From Christensenellaceae bacterium (GTDB taxonomy: Bacteria > Bacillota > Clostridia > Christensenellales > CAG-138), in NCBI GenBank assembly GCA_031261085.1, contig JAISKB010000013.1, forward strand, positions 23,723 through 87,722: DNA of 64,000 nt, written 5' to 3'. Positions 33,038-42,962 of this stretch are shown piece after piece (within the stretch, counting starts at the first letter, position 1; every line of letters begins with the position of its first letter). Below the pieces are notes generated by a model, which did not search any database, was not told where the DNA came from, and saw only the letters and a program-made list of their open reading frames with translations. Position numbers and translations under genes: made by a program.

Positions 33038-35445
33038 TCCCGCGCGTTTTTGCGCATGATCATCCGCTCGTATATGGCGCCCACGGGCTCTTTGCTCCGC
33101 TCCGCGTCACGGTAGGGCGCCGCCGGCGCGGCCAAGGGTACCAGCGCCGCCTTGAGCGCGCGCATCGCATCGGATACATAGGTGATGGAGAGCGCCTCCT
33201 TTACCTCTTGGGGCACATCGTCCATATCCTGCTTGTTTTCGGCGGGGACGATCACGGCGCGCAGCCCCGCGCGCAGGGCCGCAAGCAGCTTTTCACGCAG
33301 GCCGCCTATGGGCAGCACGTTGCCCCTAAGGCTGATTTCACCCGTCATGGCCACATCCGCCCGCACCAGGGCGCCGCTGAGCGCGCTGGCTATCGCGGTG
33401 GCGATGGTGATGCCCGCGCTGGGGCCATCCTTGGGCACGGCGCCCTGCGGCACATGCAGGTGCACATCCATCGTTTTAAACGCGTCCTCCGCTATGCCAA
33501 GCTCGCTTGCGTGCGCCCGCACAAACGTATAGGCCGCCTTCACGCTCTCCTGCATCACATCGCCCAGCCTGCCCGTCATTTGCACCTGGCCGCTGCCCGC
33601 TACCGCCTGCGCCTCCACCTCCAGCAGCTCGCCGCCGGCAATCGTCCACGCAAGGCCGTTCACAACCCCCACGGTATTGCCGCGCTGCACGGCATGGTCG
33701 CGGTGCCGGGGCTGACCCAAATATTCTACCAGCCGCGCCCGGCTCACGCGCACGCGCGGCTTGCCCTCGCCTATTTCGCAGGCCGCCTTGCGGCAAATCG
33801 CCCCAATGGCCCGCTCCAGCTCCCGCACGCCGGCCTCGGAGGTATAGCCGCGTATGACGGCGGGCAGCATCGCATCGGGCAAAACCAGCATGCCCTTGCT
33901 CAGGCCGTGCTTTTGCAGCTGCTTGGGGATAAGGTGGCGCTTGGCAATCTCCGCCTTTTCGGTTTCTAAATAGCTGGGCACCTCTATCACTTCCATACGG
34001 TCGAGCAGGGGCGCGGGGATGGCGCTTTTATCGTTGGCCGTCGTGATGAACAGAGCCTTGGAGAGATCGTAGGGCACCTCCAAAAAATGATCGCGGAAGG
34101 CGAAGTTCTGCGCGCTGTCCAGCACCTCGAGCATGGCCGCCGCGGGGTCGCCGTGGTAATCGCCGGTGAGCTTGTCGATTTCATCGAACAATATGACCGG
34201 GTTCACCGTGCCCGCGTGCCGCATGGCCGCGATGACGCGCCCCGGCATAGCGCCTATATAGGTGCGGCGATGGCCGCGTATTTCGGCTTCGTCGCGTATG
34301 CCACCCAGGCTCATGCGCACGAATTTGCGCCCCAGCGCCCGGGCGATGGATTCGCTGATGGAGGTTTTACCCACGCCCGGCGGGCCCACAAAGCAGAGTA
34401 TCTGCCCGTTTACTTTGCCGGTCAGCCGCCCCACGGCCAGGTGCTCCAATATGCGCTGCTTAACCTTATCCAGCCCATAATGATCCTGCTCCAGCACCGC
34501 GCGCGCATGGGGTATATCCAGCGTATCTTCGCTTTGCTCCGACCAGGGTAAATCCAGCATGCATTCGATATAGCTGCGCGCGGCCGGCTGCTCGTGGCTG
34601 CCCGCCGGCAAGTCCGCATAGCGGTCTATCTCCCGCACCAGCTTTACGCGCACCTCCTCCGGCATCTGTTTTGCCGCAAGCCTATCCCGCATCAGGTCGG
34701 TTTCGGCGCTTTGGGTATCGCCCAGCTCCTTGCGTATGGCCTTAATCTGCTCACGCAGATAATATTCCTTTTGGTTTTTGTCGACCTGCGCCTGCACCTC
34801 TTTGGCAATGCGCTTATCCGCCTTTAGTATTTCCACCTCGCCCGCAAGGCCGGCAAGCGTGAGCTTCAGCCGGGCCAAGGGGTCGTATTCCTGCAGAATC
34901 CGCTGCCTATCCGCCGCCTTTTGCATGGTGGCGTTGGCCACGGCATCGGCATATTCGCCCGCGTCCGGCTTCGCCTCTATGCCCGCTACGCCATCCGCGC
35001 TCATGCGGTTGCTCAGCTGCGCATATTCCGCAAGCAGCTTCGCCACGCGGCGGCGCAGCGCCTCAGCCGGGGCCTGCGCATACGCTTCATCGGGTATGCA
35101 GGCGATATCCGCCACCATATAGTCCTCGCCATCCGTCAGCGATACCGTGACCGCCCGGCTCACGCCCTCCACAAACACGCGGCTGCTGTCCCCCGGCAAG
35201 GATAATACCTGCCGCAGCTTGCACAGCGTGCCCACCTCGTAAATATCCTGGCACTGTATATCCGCCTTGCGCGCATCCTTCTGCGCGCTCAAAAACACCA
35301 TACTATCCTGCTCCAAAGCCCGCTGTATGGCGTTTACGCTCCTATCCCGCCCCGCGTCAAAGTGCAGCAGCTCGCCGGGCAGCACAACCAGCCCGCGCAG
35401 CGCCACAACGGGGATATCCTCATAAACCTGTGGTACTCTATCCAT
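33034..35445 (-). CDS. lon: ATP-dependent Lon protease
   Basis: LON N-domain, GPPGVGKTS, and the catalytic DGPSAGITIATAIASAL with K in the C-terminal domain. The ATG at 35445 lies 7 nt after GGGAGG. Confidence 0.93.
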   Translation of the reverse strand: MDRVPQVYEDIPVVALRGLVVLPGELLHFDAGRDRSVNAIQRALEQDSMVFLSAQKDARKADIQCQDIYEVGTLCKLRQVLSLPGDSSRVFVEGVSRAVTVSLTDGEDYMVADIACIPDEAYAQAPAEALRRRVAKLLAEYAQLSNRMSADGVAGIEAKPDAGEYADAVANATMQKAADRQRILQEYDPLARLKLTLAGLAGEVEILKADKRIAKEVQAQVDKNQKEYYLREQIKAIRKELGDTQSAETDLMRDRLAAKQMPEEVRVKLVREIDRYADLPAGSHEQPAARSYIECMLDLPWSEQSEDTLDIPHARAVLEQDHYGLDKVKQRILEHLAVGRLTGKVNGQILCFVGPPGVGKTSISESIARALGRKFVRMSLGGIRDEAEIRGHRRTYIGAMPGRVIAAMRHAGTVNPVILFDEIDKLTGDYHGDPAAAMLEVLDSAQNFAFRDHFLEVPYDLSKALFITTANDKSAIPAPLLDRMEVIEVPSYLETEKAEIAKRHLIPKQLQKHGLSKGMLVLPDAMLPAVIRGYTSEAGVRELERAIGAICRKAACEIGEGKPRVRVSRARLVEYLGQPRHRDHAVQRGNTVGVVNGLAWTIAGGELLEVEAQAVAGSGQVQMTGRLGDVMQESVKAAYTFVRAHASELGIAEDAFKTMDVHLHVPQGAVPKDGPSAGITIATAIASALSGALVRADVAMTGEISLRGNVLPIGGLREKLLAALRAGLRAVIVPAENKQDMDDVPQEVKEALSITYVSDAMRALKAALVPLAAPAAPYRDAERSKEPVGAIYERMIMRKNARE

Positions 35446-35506
35446 TATTTCGCCTCCCGCCGCGGCATCCATCGCAACATTGCGACGCCGCGGCTTTCTC
35501 TGTACA

Positions 35507-35535
35507 AGTATACATATAACACACAATCTTGACAA
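35507..35535 (-). promoter_or_regulatory. Candidate lon promoter
   Basis: On the minus strand: TTGTCA (35535-35530), a 17-nt spacer, TATACT (35512-35507). Confidence 0.5.
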
Positions 35536-35688
35536 CAATATGAATTTGGAATTGCAACATAAAAAAGGAACGCGCGTGCGCAGGGCAAGGCCGACATCCG
35601 TTTTTGGGGCGTGCTTTGCCTGCAATTTCCACCGCGATTTGCGGCGCGGCGGCGCATACTATTGTGTGCAGCGATTGTTTTGGAGGGT

Positions 35689-37368
35689 ATGGATAGGGTG
35701 AGCAGCACGATTTGGATTTGGATACTGGCGCAGGCCGTTATCACAGGCGTCGTAATTTTTGTAATACGGCGGGCAAAGCGCGGCAGGCCCGCGATAAAGA
35801 AGCCGGGCAGCCGCGCGGATGAAAGCCGTGAGATGCGCGAGCTCAAGCAGATGCGCGCCCGCTCCTTAAACGTGCCGCTCTCCGAAAAAACAAGGCCGGG
35901 CAGCATGGAGGATATCATTGGGCAGGGCGATGGCATACGCGCGCTGCGCGCCGCGCTGTGCGGACCCAACCCGCAGCATGTGCTGATATACGGCCCGCCG
36001 GGCTGCGGTAAAACCTGCGCCGCGCGGCTTGTGCTGGATGAGGCCAAGCGCTGTGCGGATTCCCCCTTTGACGCGGACGCCAAGTTTGTGGAGATCGACG
36101 CGACCTGCGTGCGCTTCGATGAGCGCGCCATTGCCGACCCGCTGTTGGGCTCGGTGCACGACCCCATCTATCAGGGCGCGGGGCCGCTAGGGTCGCAGGG
36201 GGTGCCGCAGCCCAAGGTGGGGGCGGTGAGCCGCGCGCATTGCGGCGTGCTCTTTTTGGATGAGATAGGCGAGCTGCACCCCGTGCAGATGAACAAGCTG
36301 CTGAAGGTGCTGGAGGACCGCAAGGTGTTTTTTGACAGCGCCTATTATTCCAGCGACAACGCGGCCATACCGCGCTATATTCACGACATATTCCAAAACG
36401 GCATGCCGGCGGATTTTCGGCTGGTGGGCGCCACCACGCGCCGCCCGGAGGATATCCCGCCCGCCCTGCGCTCGCGCTGTGTGGAGCTGTACTTCCGCCC
36501 GCTGGGCGAGGATAGCCTGCTGCAGATTGCGCAGGGCGCGGCGCAGCGGCTGGGCTACGCGCTGGAGAGCGGCACGGGGGAGCTGTGCGCCACCTACTGC
36601 GCTTCGGGCCGGGATGTCGTAAACATGATACAGCTCGCCGGCGGCGCCGCCTATGCGGAGGGGCGCAGGCATATCGCGCAGGGGGATATACGCTGGGTGG
36701 CGCAAATCAGCAACTGCAGGCAGCGCCACGCGCAAAGGATACCCGCCGCGCCCGGTGTGGGTTCCTCCATCGGCCTGGGCGTCACCGGCGAAGGAACCGG
36801 CGCCGTGATTGAAATCGAATGCACGGCCCGCCCCGCCCCGCAGGGCAGCGGCAGCCTGGATGTGAGCGGCGCCGTGGAATATGAGGAGTTGGAGCTGCGC
36901 GGCCGCAAGCTGGGCCGCAAAGGCACGGCCCGCACCTCCGCCGAAAACGTGCTCTGCGCGTTCGGCAAACGCTTTGGCCTGGAATGCGGCGGGTATGATA
37001 TCCGCTTTAGCATGCCCGGCGGTATGCCTATGGATGGCCCCAGCGCAGGCATCGCGCTGGCCGTGGCGCTCATGAGCGCGGTGAGCGGCAAGGCGCCGGT
37101 CGCTTCCCTGGCGCTCACCGGGGAAATCACCGTGCAGGGGGGTGTGCGGCCCGTGGGCGGCGTGCGCGAAAAGCTCATCGCCGCCGTGGCCGCCGGGGCC
37201 AAAACGATATTGATCCCCAAAGCCAACTATGAGCCGCAGTTCGATGAGCTGGATGCGGAAATCATCGCCGTGGAGGATATTGCCGAGGTGATGCGCGTGG
37301 CATTCGATATCCCGCATGAGGCGGATATGGGAACCGGCGTGCTGCCGCTGCTGTGCACCACGGCTTGA
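35689..37368 (+). CDS. lonB: LonB-type membrane-anchored ATP-dependent protease (sporulation Lon-like)
   Basis: N-terminal TM IWIWILAQAVITGVVIFVI, GPPGCGKTCAAR Walker A, and MDGPSAGIALAVALMSA for the Lon protease serine. The start is uncertain: ATG 35689 or GTG 35698. Confidence 0.85.
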   Translation: MDRVSSTIWIWILAQAVITGVVIFVIRRAKRGRPAIKKPGSRADESREMRELKQMRARSLNVPLSEKTRPGSMEDIIGQGDGIRALRAALCGPNPQHVLIYGPPGCGKTCAARLVLDEAKRCADSPFDADAKFVEIDATCVRFDERAIADPLLGSVHDPIYQGAGPLGSQGVPQPKVGAVSRAHCGVLFLDEIGELHPVQMNKLLKVLEDRKVFFDSAYYSSDNAAIPRYIHDIFQNGMPADFRLVGATTRRPEDIPPALRSRCVELYFRPLGEDSLLQIAQGAAQRLGYALESGTGELCATYCASGRDVVNMIQLAGGAAYAEGRRHIAQGDIRWVAQISNCRQRHAQRIPAAPGVGSSIGLGVTGEGTGAVIEIECTARPAPQGSGSLDVSGAVEYEELELRGRKLGRKGTARTSAENVLCAFGKRFGLECGGYDIRFSMPGGMPMDGPSAGIALAVALMSAVSGKAPVASLALTGEITVQGGVRPVGGVREKLIAAVAAGAKTILIPKANYEPQFDELDAEIIAVEDIAEVMRVAFDIPHEADMGTGVLPLLCTTA

Positions 37369-37543
37369 GGATATTTTGCGGTGGTCAAAAAAATGGCAAG
37401 TCCATTTTAGGAAATTAAAATCTTTGTTTTCGGGGGCAAGCCCCCGAACCCCCGCAGGAGCAAATTTCAACCCCGTTTTATCCCAAAGTAACTTGAAGTA
37501 ACTTCTCTCCGCAGGCTAACGACCTAAACACCCTCTGCAAAAT

Positions 37544-37628
37544 TTATTCCCTCCATGCGAAGGGTTTCTTTGGACGGCGCCCCGTCCCCAGCCGGGGTGC
37601 GGGGAGCGGGCTCCCCGCGAAAACGTTC
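37544..37628 (+). repeat. GC-rich intergenic repeat, module Y (locus B)
   Basis: Aligns with 17591-17674. It is preceded by the GGGGGCAAGCCCCC mini-hairpin (37432-37445), as at locus A (17437-17450). Confidence 0.8.
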
Positions 37629-37645
37629 CCAAAAAGCCCAATCGT

Positions 37646-37680
37646 GGTGCGGGGACAGATGCCCCTGCAAAAACGCTCCC
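37646..37680 (+). repeat. Extra tandem copy of the hairpin sub-module of module Y
   Basis: GGTGCGGGGACAGATGCCCCTGCAAAAACGCTCCC compared with GGTGCGGGGAGCGGGCTCCCCGCGAAAACGTTCCC immediately upstream. Confidence 0.6.
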
Positions 37681-37728
37681 TTAAACCAAAAAAGCCCCTC
37701 CCGAAGGAGGGGGTTAAGTAGGCATGTC

Positions 37729-39126
37729 CTATTCCTTTTCCGCAATCTGCCTGCCCATCAGCACGCCCATCACGGAAGCCATCATAAGCCCGCGCGTCCA
37801 GCCGCTGGAATCGCCCAGGCAATGCAGCCCCTGAATATTGGTGTTAAACGCCGCGTCCATCTTAACGCGGTTGCTGTAAAACTTGAGCTCGGGCGAATAC
37901 AGCAGCGTCTCCTCGGCGGCAAACCCCGGCACCACATGATCCATCGCCTTGATGAAGTTGATGATGTTCATCATGGAGCGATAGGGCATGGCCGCCGTGA
38001 TGTCGCCGGCCTCCGCATCGGGCAGGGTGGGCTTCACGTTGGCGTAATGCAGCTCCTTCGCCCAGGTGCGCTTGCCGTCGAGTATATCGCCAAAGCGCTG
38101 CACCAGTATGTGTCCCGCCCCCAGCATGTTGGTCAGCTCCCCCACCTTTTGCGCATAGGCGATGGGCTGGTTAAACGGCACGCTGAAGTTGTGCGAGCAG
38201 AGTATGGCCACGTTGGTGTTTTCGCTCTTCAAATCCTTATACGAATGCCCGTTCACCACCGCCAGGTCGTTATCATAATTCTCCTGGCTCACAAACCCGC
38301 CGGGGTTTTGGCAAAACGTGCGCACCTTGTTTTTGAACGGCGGCGGATAGCCTATGAGCTTGGACTCATACAGCACCTTGTTCACCGTTTCCATCACCTC
38401 GTTGCGTACCTCCACCCGCACGCCGATATCCACCGTGCCGGGCTGGTGCGCGATGTTGTGCTCCGCGCAAAGCCTTTCGAGCCAATCGGCGCCGCGGCGG
38501 CCCGTGGCCACCACCACATGCTTGGCCTGCACTGTCTGCTCCATTTTTCCATCGGTAATATATACGCCCTTACAGGTTTCGCCCTCGAGTATCAGGTTGG
38601 TGCACTCATAGCCAAATCGGATTTCGACACCCGCTTGCTGTAAATATTTTTCTATCGCAAGGTAAAGGCTCTGCGCCCTTTCGGTGCCCAAATGGCGTAT
38701 GGGGCAATCCACCAGCTTGAGGCCGGCGCGTATGGCCCGCCTGCGTATATCCTTCTTCTCCTGCGATTCCTCTATGCCCTCTATCTCTTCGGAAGCGCCG
38801 AATTCGAGGTATATCTTATCGGTATAATCGATGGTTTCCTGCGCCAGCCCTTCGCCGATCAGCTGGGGCAAATCGCCGCCCACCTCATAGCTGAGCGAGA
38901 GCTTCCCATCGCTAAAGGCCCCCGCGCCCGAAAACCCGGTGGTGATGTGGCAATAGGGCTTGCAGTTGGCGCACCTGCCCAATTTCCCTTTGGGGCAGCG
39001 CCTGTTCTCTACGGATTGCCCCTTTTCCACAATGAGGATGCTCTGCCTGCCCCCCTTGCGCAAAAGCTCCAGCGCCGTGAATATGCCCGCCGGCCCCGCG
39101 CCTATTATCACTACATCCTTATGCAT
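37729..39126 (-). CDS. FAD-dependent oxidoreductase (COG2509-like)
   Basis: VVIIGAGPAGIFTALEL dinucleotide motif and the CPKGKLGRCANCKPYCHITTGFSGAGAFSDGKL segment. Confidence 0.8.
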   Translation of the reverse strand: MHKDVVIIGAGPAGIFTALELLRKGGRQSILIVEKGQSVENRRCPKGKLGRCANCKPYCHITTGFSGAGAFSDGKLSLSYEVGGDLPQLIGEGLAQETIDYTDKIYLEFGASEEIEGIEESQEKKDIRRRAIRAGLKLVDCPIRHLGTERAQSLYLAIEKYLQQAGVEIRFGYECTNLILEGETCKGVYITDGKMEQTVQAKHVVVATGRRGADWLERLCAEHNIAHQPGTVDIGVRVEVRNEVMETVNKVLYESKLIGYPPPFKNKVRTFCQNPGGFVSQENYDNDLAVVNGHSYKDLKSENTNVAILCSHNFSVPFNQPIAYAQKVGELTNMLGAGHILVQRFGDILDGKRTWAKELHYANVKPTLPDAEAGDITAAMPYRSMMNIINFIKAMDHVVPGFAAEETLLYSPELKFYSNRVKMDAAFNTNIQGLHCLGDSSGWTRGLMMASVMGVLMGRQIAEKE

Positions 39127-39169
39127 ATCGCACCTCCCGTTTGACGTAAGTCATTTATATATAAGCTGT

Positions 39170-39208
39170 AAAAAAATGTTCGGCAGAGTAATAGGAACCC
39201 TGCCGAAC
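39170..39208 (-). terminator. Intrinsic terminator of clpX
   Basis: On the minus strand, GTTCGGCAG, a 13-nt loop and CTGCCGAAC are followed by ATTTTTTT. Confidence 0.8.
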
Positions 39209-39243
39209 AGTTGGAAAGCAAATATGCCTTGGCGGCGCTTGCC

Positions 39244-40524
39244 TTAACATGCGCCGCTTTCCCGTTGCTGCGGCGCGCTGAGCCGGGGCGCCTCCTCGTT
39301 GTAAACGAAAATGGGCGGCGACTTCTTTTCTATCACATCGCGCGTGATTTTGCAGCTTTTCACGTCTGTTCGGGAAGGTATATCGAACATGATGCCCAGC
39401 ATCACATCCTCGAGTATGGCGCGCAGGCCCCGCGCGCCGGTCTTGCGTTCCATCGCCTTTTTCGCCACCGCCACCAGCGCGTCCCGCTCAAAGGTGAGGT
39501 CCACGCCATCGAGGCTGAACAGATAGCGGTACTGGCGCGTAAGCGCGTTTTTAGGCTCGGTCAGTATATCGATCAACGCCGACTCATCGAGCTGCTGCAG
39601 CGTGACAATGATGGGCATACGCCCCACAAACTCGGGTATCAGCCCAAATTTGAGCAAATCCTCCGGCAATATATGCTTGAGCACCTCGCCGATATCCTTT
39701 TCGACTATGCTCTGCACATCGGCGCCAAAGCCCATCAGCTTTTTGCCGGTGCGCTTGCCTATGATATCCTCGATGCCCGCAAACGCGCCGCCGCAAATGA
39801 ACAGTATATTCGCGGTATCGATTTGGATGCATTCCTGCTGCGGGTGCTTGCGGCCGCCCTGCGGGGGCACGCTGGCCACCGTACCTTCGAGTATTTTGAG
39901 CAGCGCCTGCTGCACGCCCTCGCCGGAAACATCCCGCGTGATGGAGGGATTTTCGCTCTTGCGGGCAATCTTATCGATTTCGTCGATATAGATGATGCCC
40001 TTTTCGGCGCGCTGCACATTATAGTCCGCCGCCTGAATGAGCTTGAGCAATATGTTCTCTACATCCTCGCCCACATAGCCGGCCTCGGTCAGCGAGGTGG
40101 CGTCCGCCACGGCGAAGGGCACATCCAGTATTTTCGCAAGCGTTTGAGCCAGCATCGTTTTGCCGCAGCCCGTGGGCCCCAGCATGACGATATTGCTCTT
40201 TTGCAATTCTACATCCCCCGCGCTTTTGCCCGCGGTGATGCGTTTGTAGTGGTTATAAACCGCCACGGCCAGCGCCCGCTTTGCGGCATCCTGCCCTATC
40301 ACATATTGATCGAGCGTTTTGGCTATGTCGTGCGGTTTGGGTATATCTTTAAACTCCGCATCGGTATCCGCCTTAAAGTAATCATCCTCGATGATCTCCT
40401 GGCACAGCTCGATGCATTCGTCGCAGATATATACGCCCGGCCCCGCTACCACGCGGCGAACCTCTTCTTGCGATTTACCGCAGAAGGAGCACCGCACAGA
40501 GCCGTTATCTTCAAAAACTGTCAT
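39244..40524 (-). CDS. clpX: ATP-dependent Clp protease ATP-binding subunit ClpX
   Basis: Zinc finger CSFCGK...[12 protein letters not shown] and IYIDEIDK. Confidence 0.95.
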   Translation of the reverse strand: MTVFEDNGSVRCSFCGKSQEEVRRVVAGPGVYICDECIELCQEIIEDDYFKADTDAEFKDIPKPHDIAKTLDQYVIGQDAAKRALAVAVYNHYKRITAGKSAGDVELQKSNIVMLGPTGCGKTMLAQTLAKILDVPFAVADATSLTEAGYVGEDVENILLKLIQAADYNVQRAEKGIIYIDEIDKIARKSENPSITRDVSGEGVQQALLKILEGTVASVPPQGGRKHPQQECIQIDTANILFICGGAFAGIEDIIGKRTGKKLMGFGADVQSIVEKDIGEVLKHILPEDLLKFGLIPEFVGRMPIIVTLQQLDESALIDILTEPKNALTRQYRYLFSLDGVDLTFERDALVAVAKKAMERKTGARGLRAILEDVMLGIMFDIPSRTDVKSCKITRDVIEKKSPPIFVYNEEAPRLSAPQQRESGAC

Positions 40525-40527
40525 CCG

Positions 40528-41115
40528 TTACCTCCTTGGAGGGATAATTTCATCTATGAGGCCATAAGCCTTGGCGGCTTCGGCATCCATATAGTTGTCA
40601 CGCTCGGTATCCAACGCCACCTTTTCGAGGGGCTGGCCCGTGCGCTCGGCCAAAATCGCGTTCATCTTCTTTTTGATTTTGAGCAGCTGCTCGGCCTGTA
40701 TCGCCACATCGGTGGCCTGGCCCCGCGCGCCGCCCAGCGGCTGGTGTATCATCACCTCGCAATTCGGCAGTGCGCGGCGCTTGCCCTTCACGCCCGCCGA
40801 CAGCAAAAACGCGCCCATGCTGGCCGCCATGCCGATGCAAATCGTGCCCACATCGCACTTGATGTACTGCATGGTATCGTAGATGGCCATGCCCGCCGTA
40901 ACGGAGCCGCCGGGGCTGTTGATGTAAAGGCTGATGTCCTTATCCGGGTCATCGGCTTCTAAAAACAGCATCTGCGCCACGATTAGGTTGGCCGTATCAT
41001 CATCTATCTCGCCGCCCAGGAATATGATGCGATCCTTGAGCAGGCGGGAATAAATATCGTAGGAGCGTTCGCCGCGGTTGGTTTGTTCCACCACCATCGG
41101 GATTAATCCACTCAT
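40528..41115 (-). CDS. clpP: ATP-dependent Clp protease proteolytic subunit ClpP
   Basis: [22 protein letters not shown] (catalytic Ser) and MIHQPLGG (His). Confidence 0.95.
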   Translation of the reverse strand: MSGLIPMVVEQTNRGERSYDIYSRLLKDRIIFLGGEIDDDTANLIVAQMLFLEADDPDKDISLYINSPGGSVTAGMAIYDTMQYIKCDVGTICIGMAASMGAFLLSAGVKGKRRALPNCEVMIHQPLGGARGQATDVAIQAEQLLKIKKKMNAILAERTGQPLEKVALDTERDNYMDAEAAKAYGLIDEIIPPRR

Positions 41116-41151
41116 ATCATTTCCTCCTATTGTACTCTATATCCGGCAATG

Positions 41152-42615
41152 TCATTCCCCGGCTTTTTCGGCGGCCGTGTCTTCTTTTGCCGCTTTTTTC
41201 GCGCGGGGCTTCTTTTCTTTCGGCGCGGCCTCGGCCTCTGGCTCGGCCTTTGCCGCCTTCGCCTTCTTTGGCGCGGCCTCGGCTTCCGGCTCGGCCTTGG
41301 GCTTTGCCGCCTTCGCCTTCTTCGGCTTGGCCGCCGTCTCTACCGCGCTGTCCACCATAACGGCCAGCGTCTTATCCACCCGCACCTGGTCAGAAAAATA
41401 AAGCTTGTCGTCCTCGGTCAGGTTTTTGAGGAAGTCCTCGGTGCCGCCGCCAAACTGCTCGGCATACTCCGCAACCTTGGCCGATATTTCATCCTCGGCC
41501 GCCTCGATATTTTCGGCCTTGGATACCGCCTCGATCACCAGCTGGCTCTTCACGCGCGTCTTGGCGTCCTCCCGGCAATTATCCCGCAAGGTCTCCAGCG
41601 TGGCGCCGGTGTATTTAAAGTAATCCTCCAGCGAAATGCCCTGCATGCTCAAACGGTACCGCATATCCTGCAAAAGGGAATCGATCTGCCGCTCCACCAT
41701 CACCTCGGGCACTTCTACCTGCGCGTTTTCAACCACCTTGCGCACCACGGCGTTTTCCTTCTCGATTTGCGCGTCCTTTTTGGCCTGCTCCTCCAGCTCT
41801 TTGCGCTTGGCCGCACGAAGCTCCTCGAGCGTATCGAATTCGGAAACATCCTTGGCGAATTCGTCATCCAGCTCGGGCAGCTCTTTCACCTGTATGCCGT
41901 TCACCTTCACAGCGAACACGGCCTCTTTGCCGGCCAATTCCTCAGAATGATATTCCGCGGGGAAGGTGACGGTAAGCTCCTTTTGCTCCCCTATGGCCAA
42001 GCCTATCATCTGCTCTTCAAAGCCGGGTATAAAGCTGCCGCTGCCTATCACCAGCGTTTGCCCCTCGGCGGCGCCGCCCTTAAAAGGCACGCCCCCGACG
42101 CTGCCGCTGTAATCGAGGTTAACGGTATCGCCGTTCGCTACCGGGCGCTCCACATCCACCATGCGCGCCACGTTTTCGCGCTCGCGCGAGATGACAGCCT
42201 CCACGGCGTCATCCGTAACATTATACGCCTGCTTTTCTACTTCTATACCCTTATACTGCCCCAGCGTTACCTCGGGTTTTACCGTAACTTCGGCGCTGAA
42301 CACCAGCGATTTGCCCTCCGTCGGCAGCTCCACGATGGATACGTCCGCCCTATCTACCGGCTGTATGCCGCTTTCCTTTACGGCCGCGTCATAGGCCTCG
42401 GGGTATACGATGTCGAACGCATCATCAAAAAAAGCAAGCGGGCCATAGATGTTTTCGATTACCTTGCGCGGCGCCCTACCCTTGCGGAAACCGGGGACGT
42501 TGAAACGTTTGGCCGCCGTATAATATGCTTTTTGCACAGCCGTCTCAAATTGCTCCGCCGGCACCTCAATGGTGAGTTTGGCCTTGCTGCCCTCTAGCTT
42601 TTCCAAAGTTGCCAT
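41152..42615 (-). CDS. tig: Trigger factor with a C-terminal Lys/Ala/Glu/Pro-rich extension of about 55 aa
   Basis: N-terminus FRKGRAPRKV (ribosome-binding GFRxGxxP), a central FKBP-like domain, and the tail AKPKKAKAAKPKAEPEAEAAPKKAKAAKAEPEAEAAPKEKKPRAKKAAKEDTAAEKAGE. Confidence 0.93.
   Translation of the reverse strand: MATLEKLEGSKAKLTIEVPAEQFETAVQKAYYTAAKRFNVPGFRKGRAPRKVIENIYGPLAFFDDAFDIVYPEAYDAAVKESGIQPVDRADVSIVELPTEGKSLVFSAEVTVKPEVTLGQYKGIEVEKQAYNVTDDAVEAVISRERENVARMVDVERPVANGDTVNLDYSGSVGGVPFKGGAAEGQTLVIGSGSFIPGFEEQMIGLAIGEQKELTVTFPAEYHSEELAGKEAVFAVKVNGIQVKELPELDDEFAKDVSEFDTLEELRAAKRKELEEQAKKDAQIEKENAVVRKVVENAQVEVPEVMVERQIDSLLQDMRYRLSMQGISLEDYFKYTGATLETLRDNCREDAKTRVKSQLVIEAVSKAENIEAAEDEISAKVAEYAEQFGGGTEDFLKNLTEDDKLYFSDQVRVDKTLAVMVDSAVETAAKPKKAKAAKPKAEPEAEAAPKKAKAAKAEPEAEAAPKEKKPRAKKAAKEDTAAEKAGE
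41222..41323 (-). repeat. Tandem 48/54-bp coding repeat in the tig tail
   Basis: 41222-41269 and 41270-41323 both begin GGCGCGGCCTCGGC and end TTTGCCGCCTTCGCCTTCTT. They encode (K)KAKAAK(PK)AEPEAEAAP twice. Confidence 0.75.
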
Positions 42616-42852
42616 GTAAAACCTCCGAATGTTACCTTATTACTATATACGAAAATGCCGCCATTCGTTACCACATACGCGCATATCGCCATACGCAGTA
42701 TAGATTAGCACAGTTCCGCATGTTTTGCAATGAAAATCGCGTGTACTGCAGGTGTCAAATTGGTGAAAAAAGCTGAATTATCCCCGCCCTCGGTTCTCCC
42801 CCGCAGGAGAAATGCAAACGGGTTTATGTCCGACGGGGTGCGGGGGCCTATA

Positions 42853-42914
42853 CCCGCTTGCGGCGCAGCCGCAAAAAAATTCCCCTTCCCCGGGGAAGGG
42901 GTTAGGGGATGGGG
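42853..42914 (-). repeat. GC-rich intergenic repeat, module X (locus C), inverted relative to locus A
   Basis: 58 of 62 positions match the reverse complement of 17378-17439. It contains the perfect palindrome CCCCTTCCCCGGGGAAGGGG. Confidence 0.8.
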
Positions 42915-42962
42915 AACAAATTTTTTGACCCCCGCAGGGGGTTAGGAGGTAGGGCCATGCCC

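Noticed and set aside
35529-35560. A sigma-A promoter for lonB using TTGACA at 35529-35534
   Set aside because: The hexamer 17 nt downstream (TTGCAA) is a poor -10. LonB-type genes are usually forespore-sigma dependent, so no promoter call was made.
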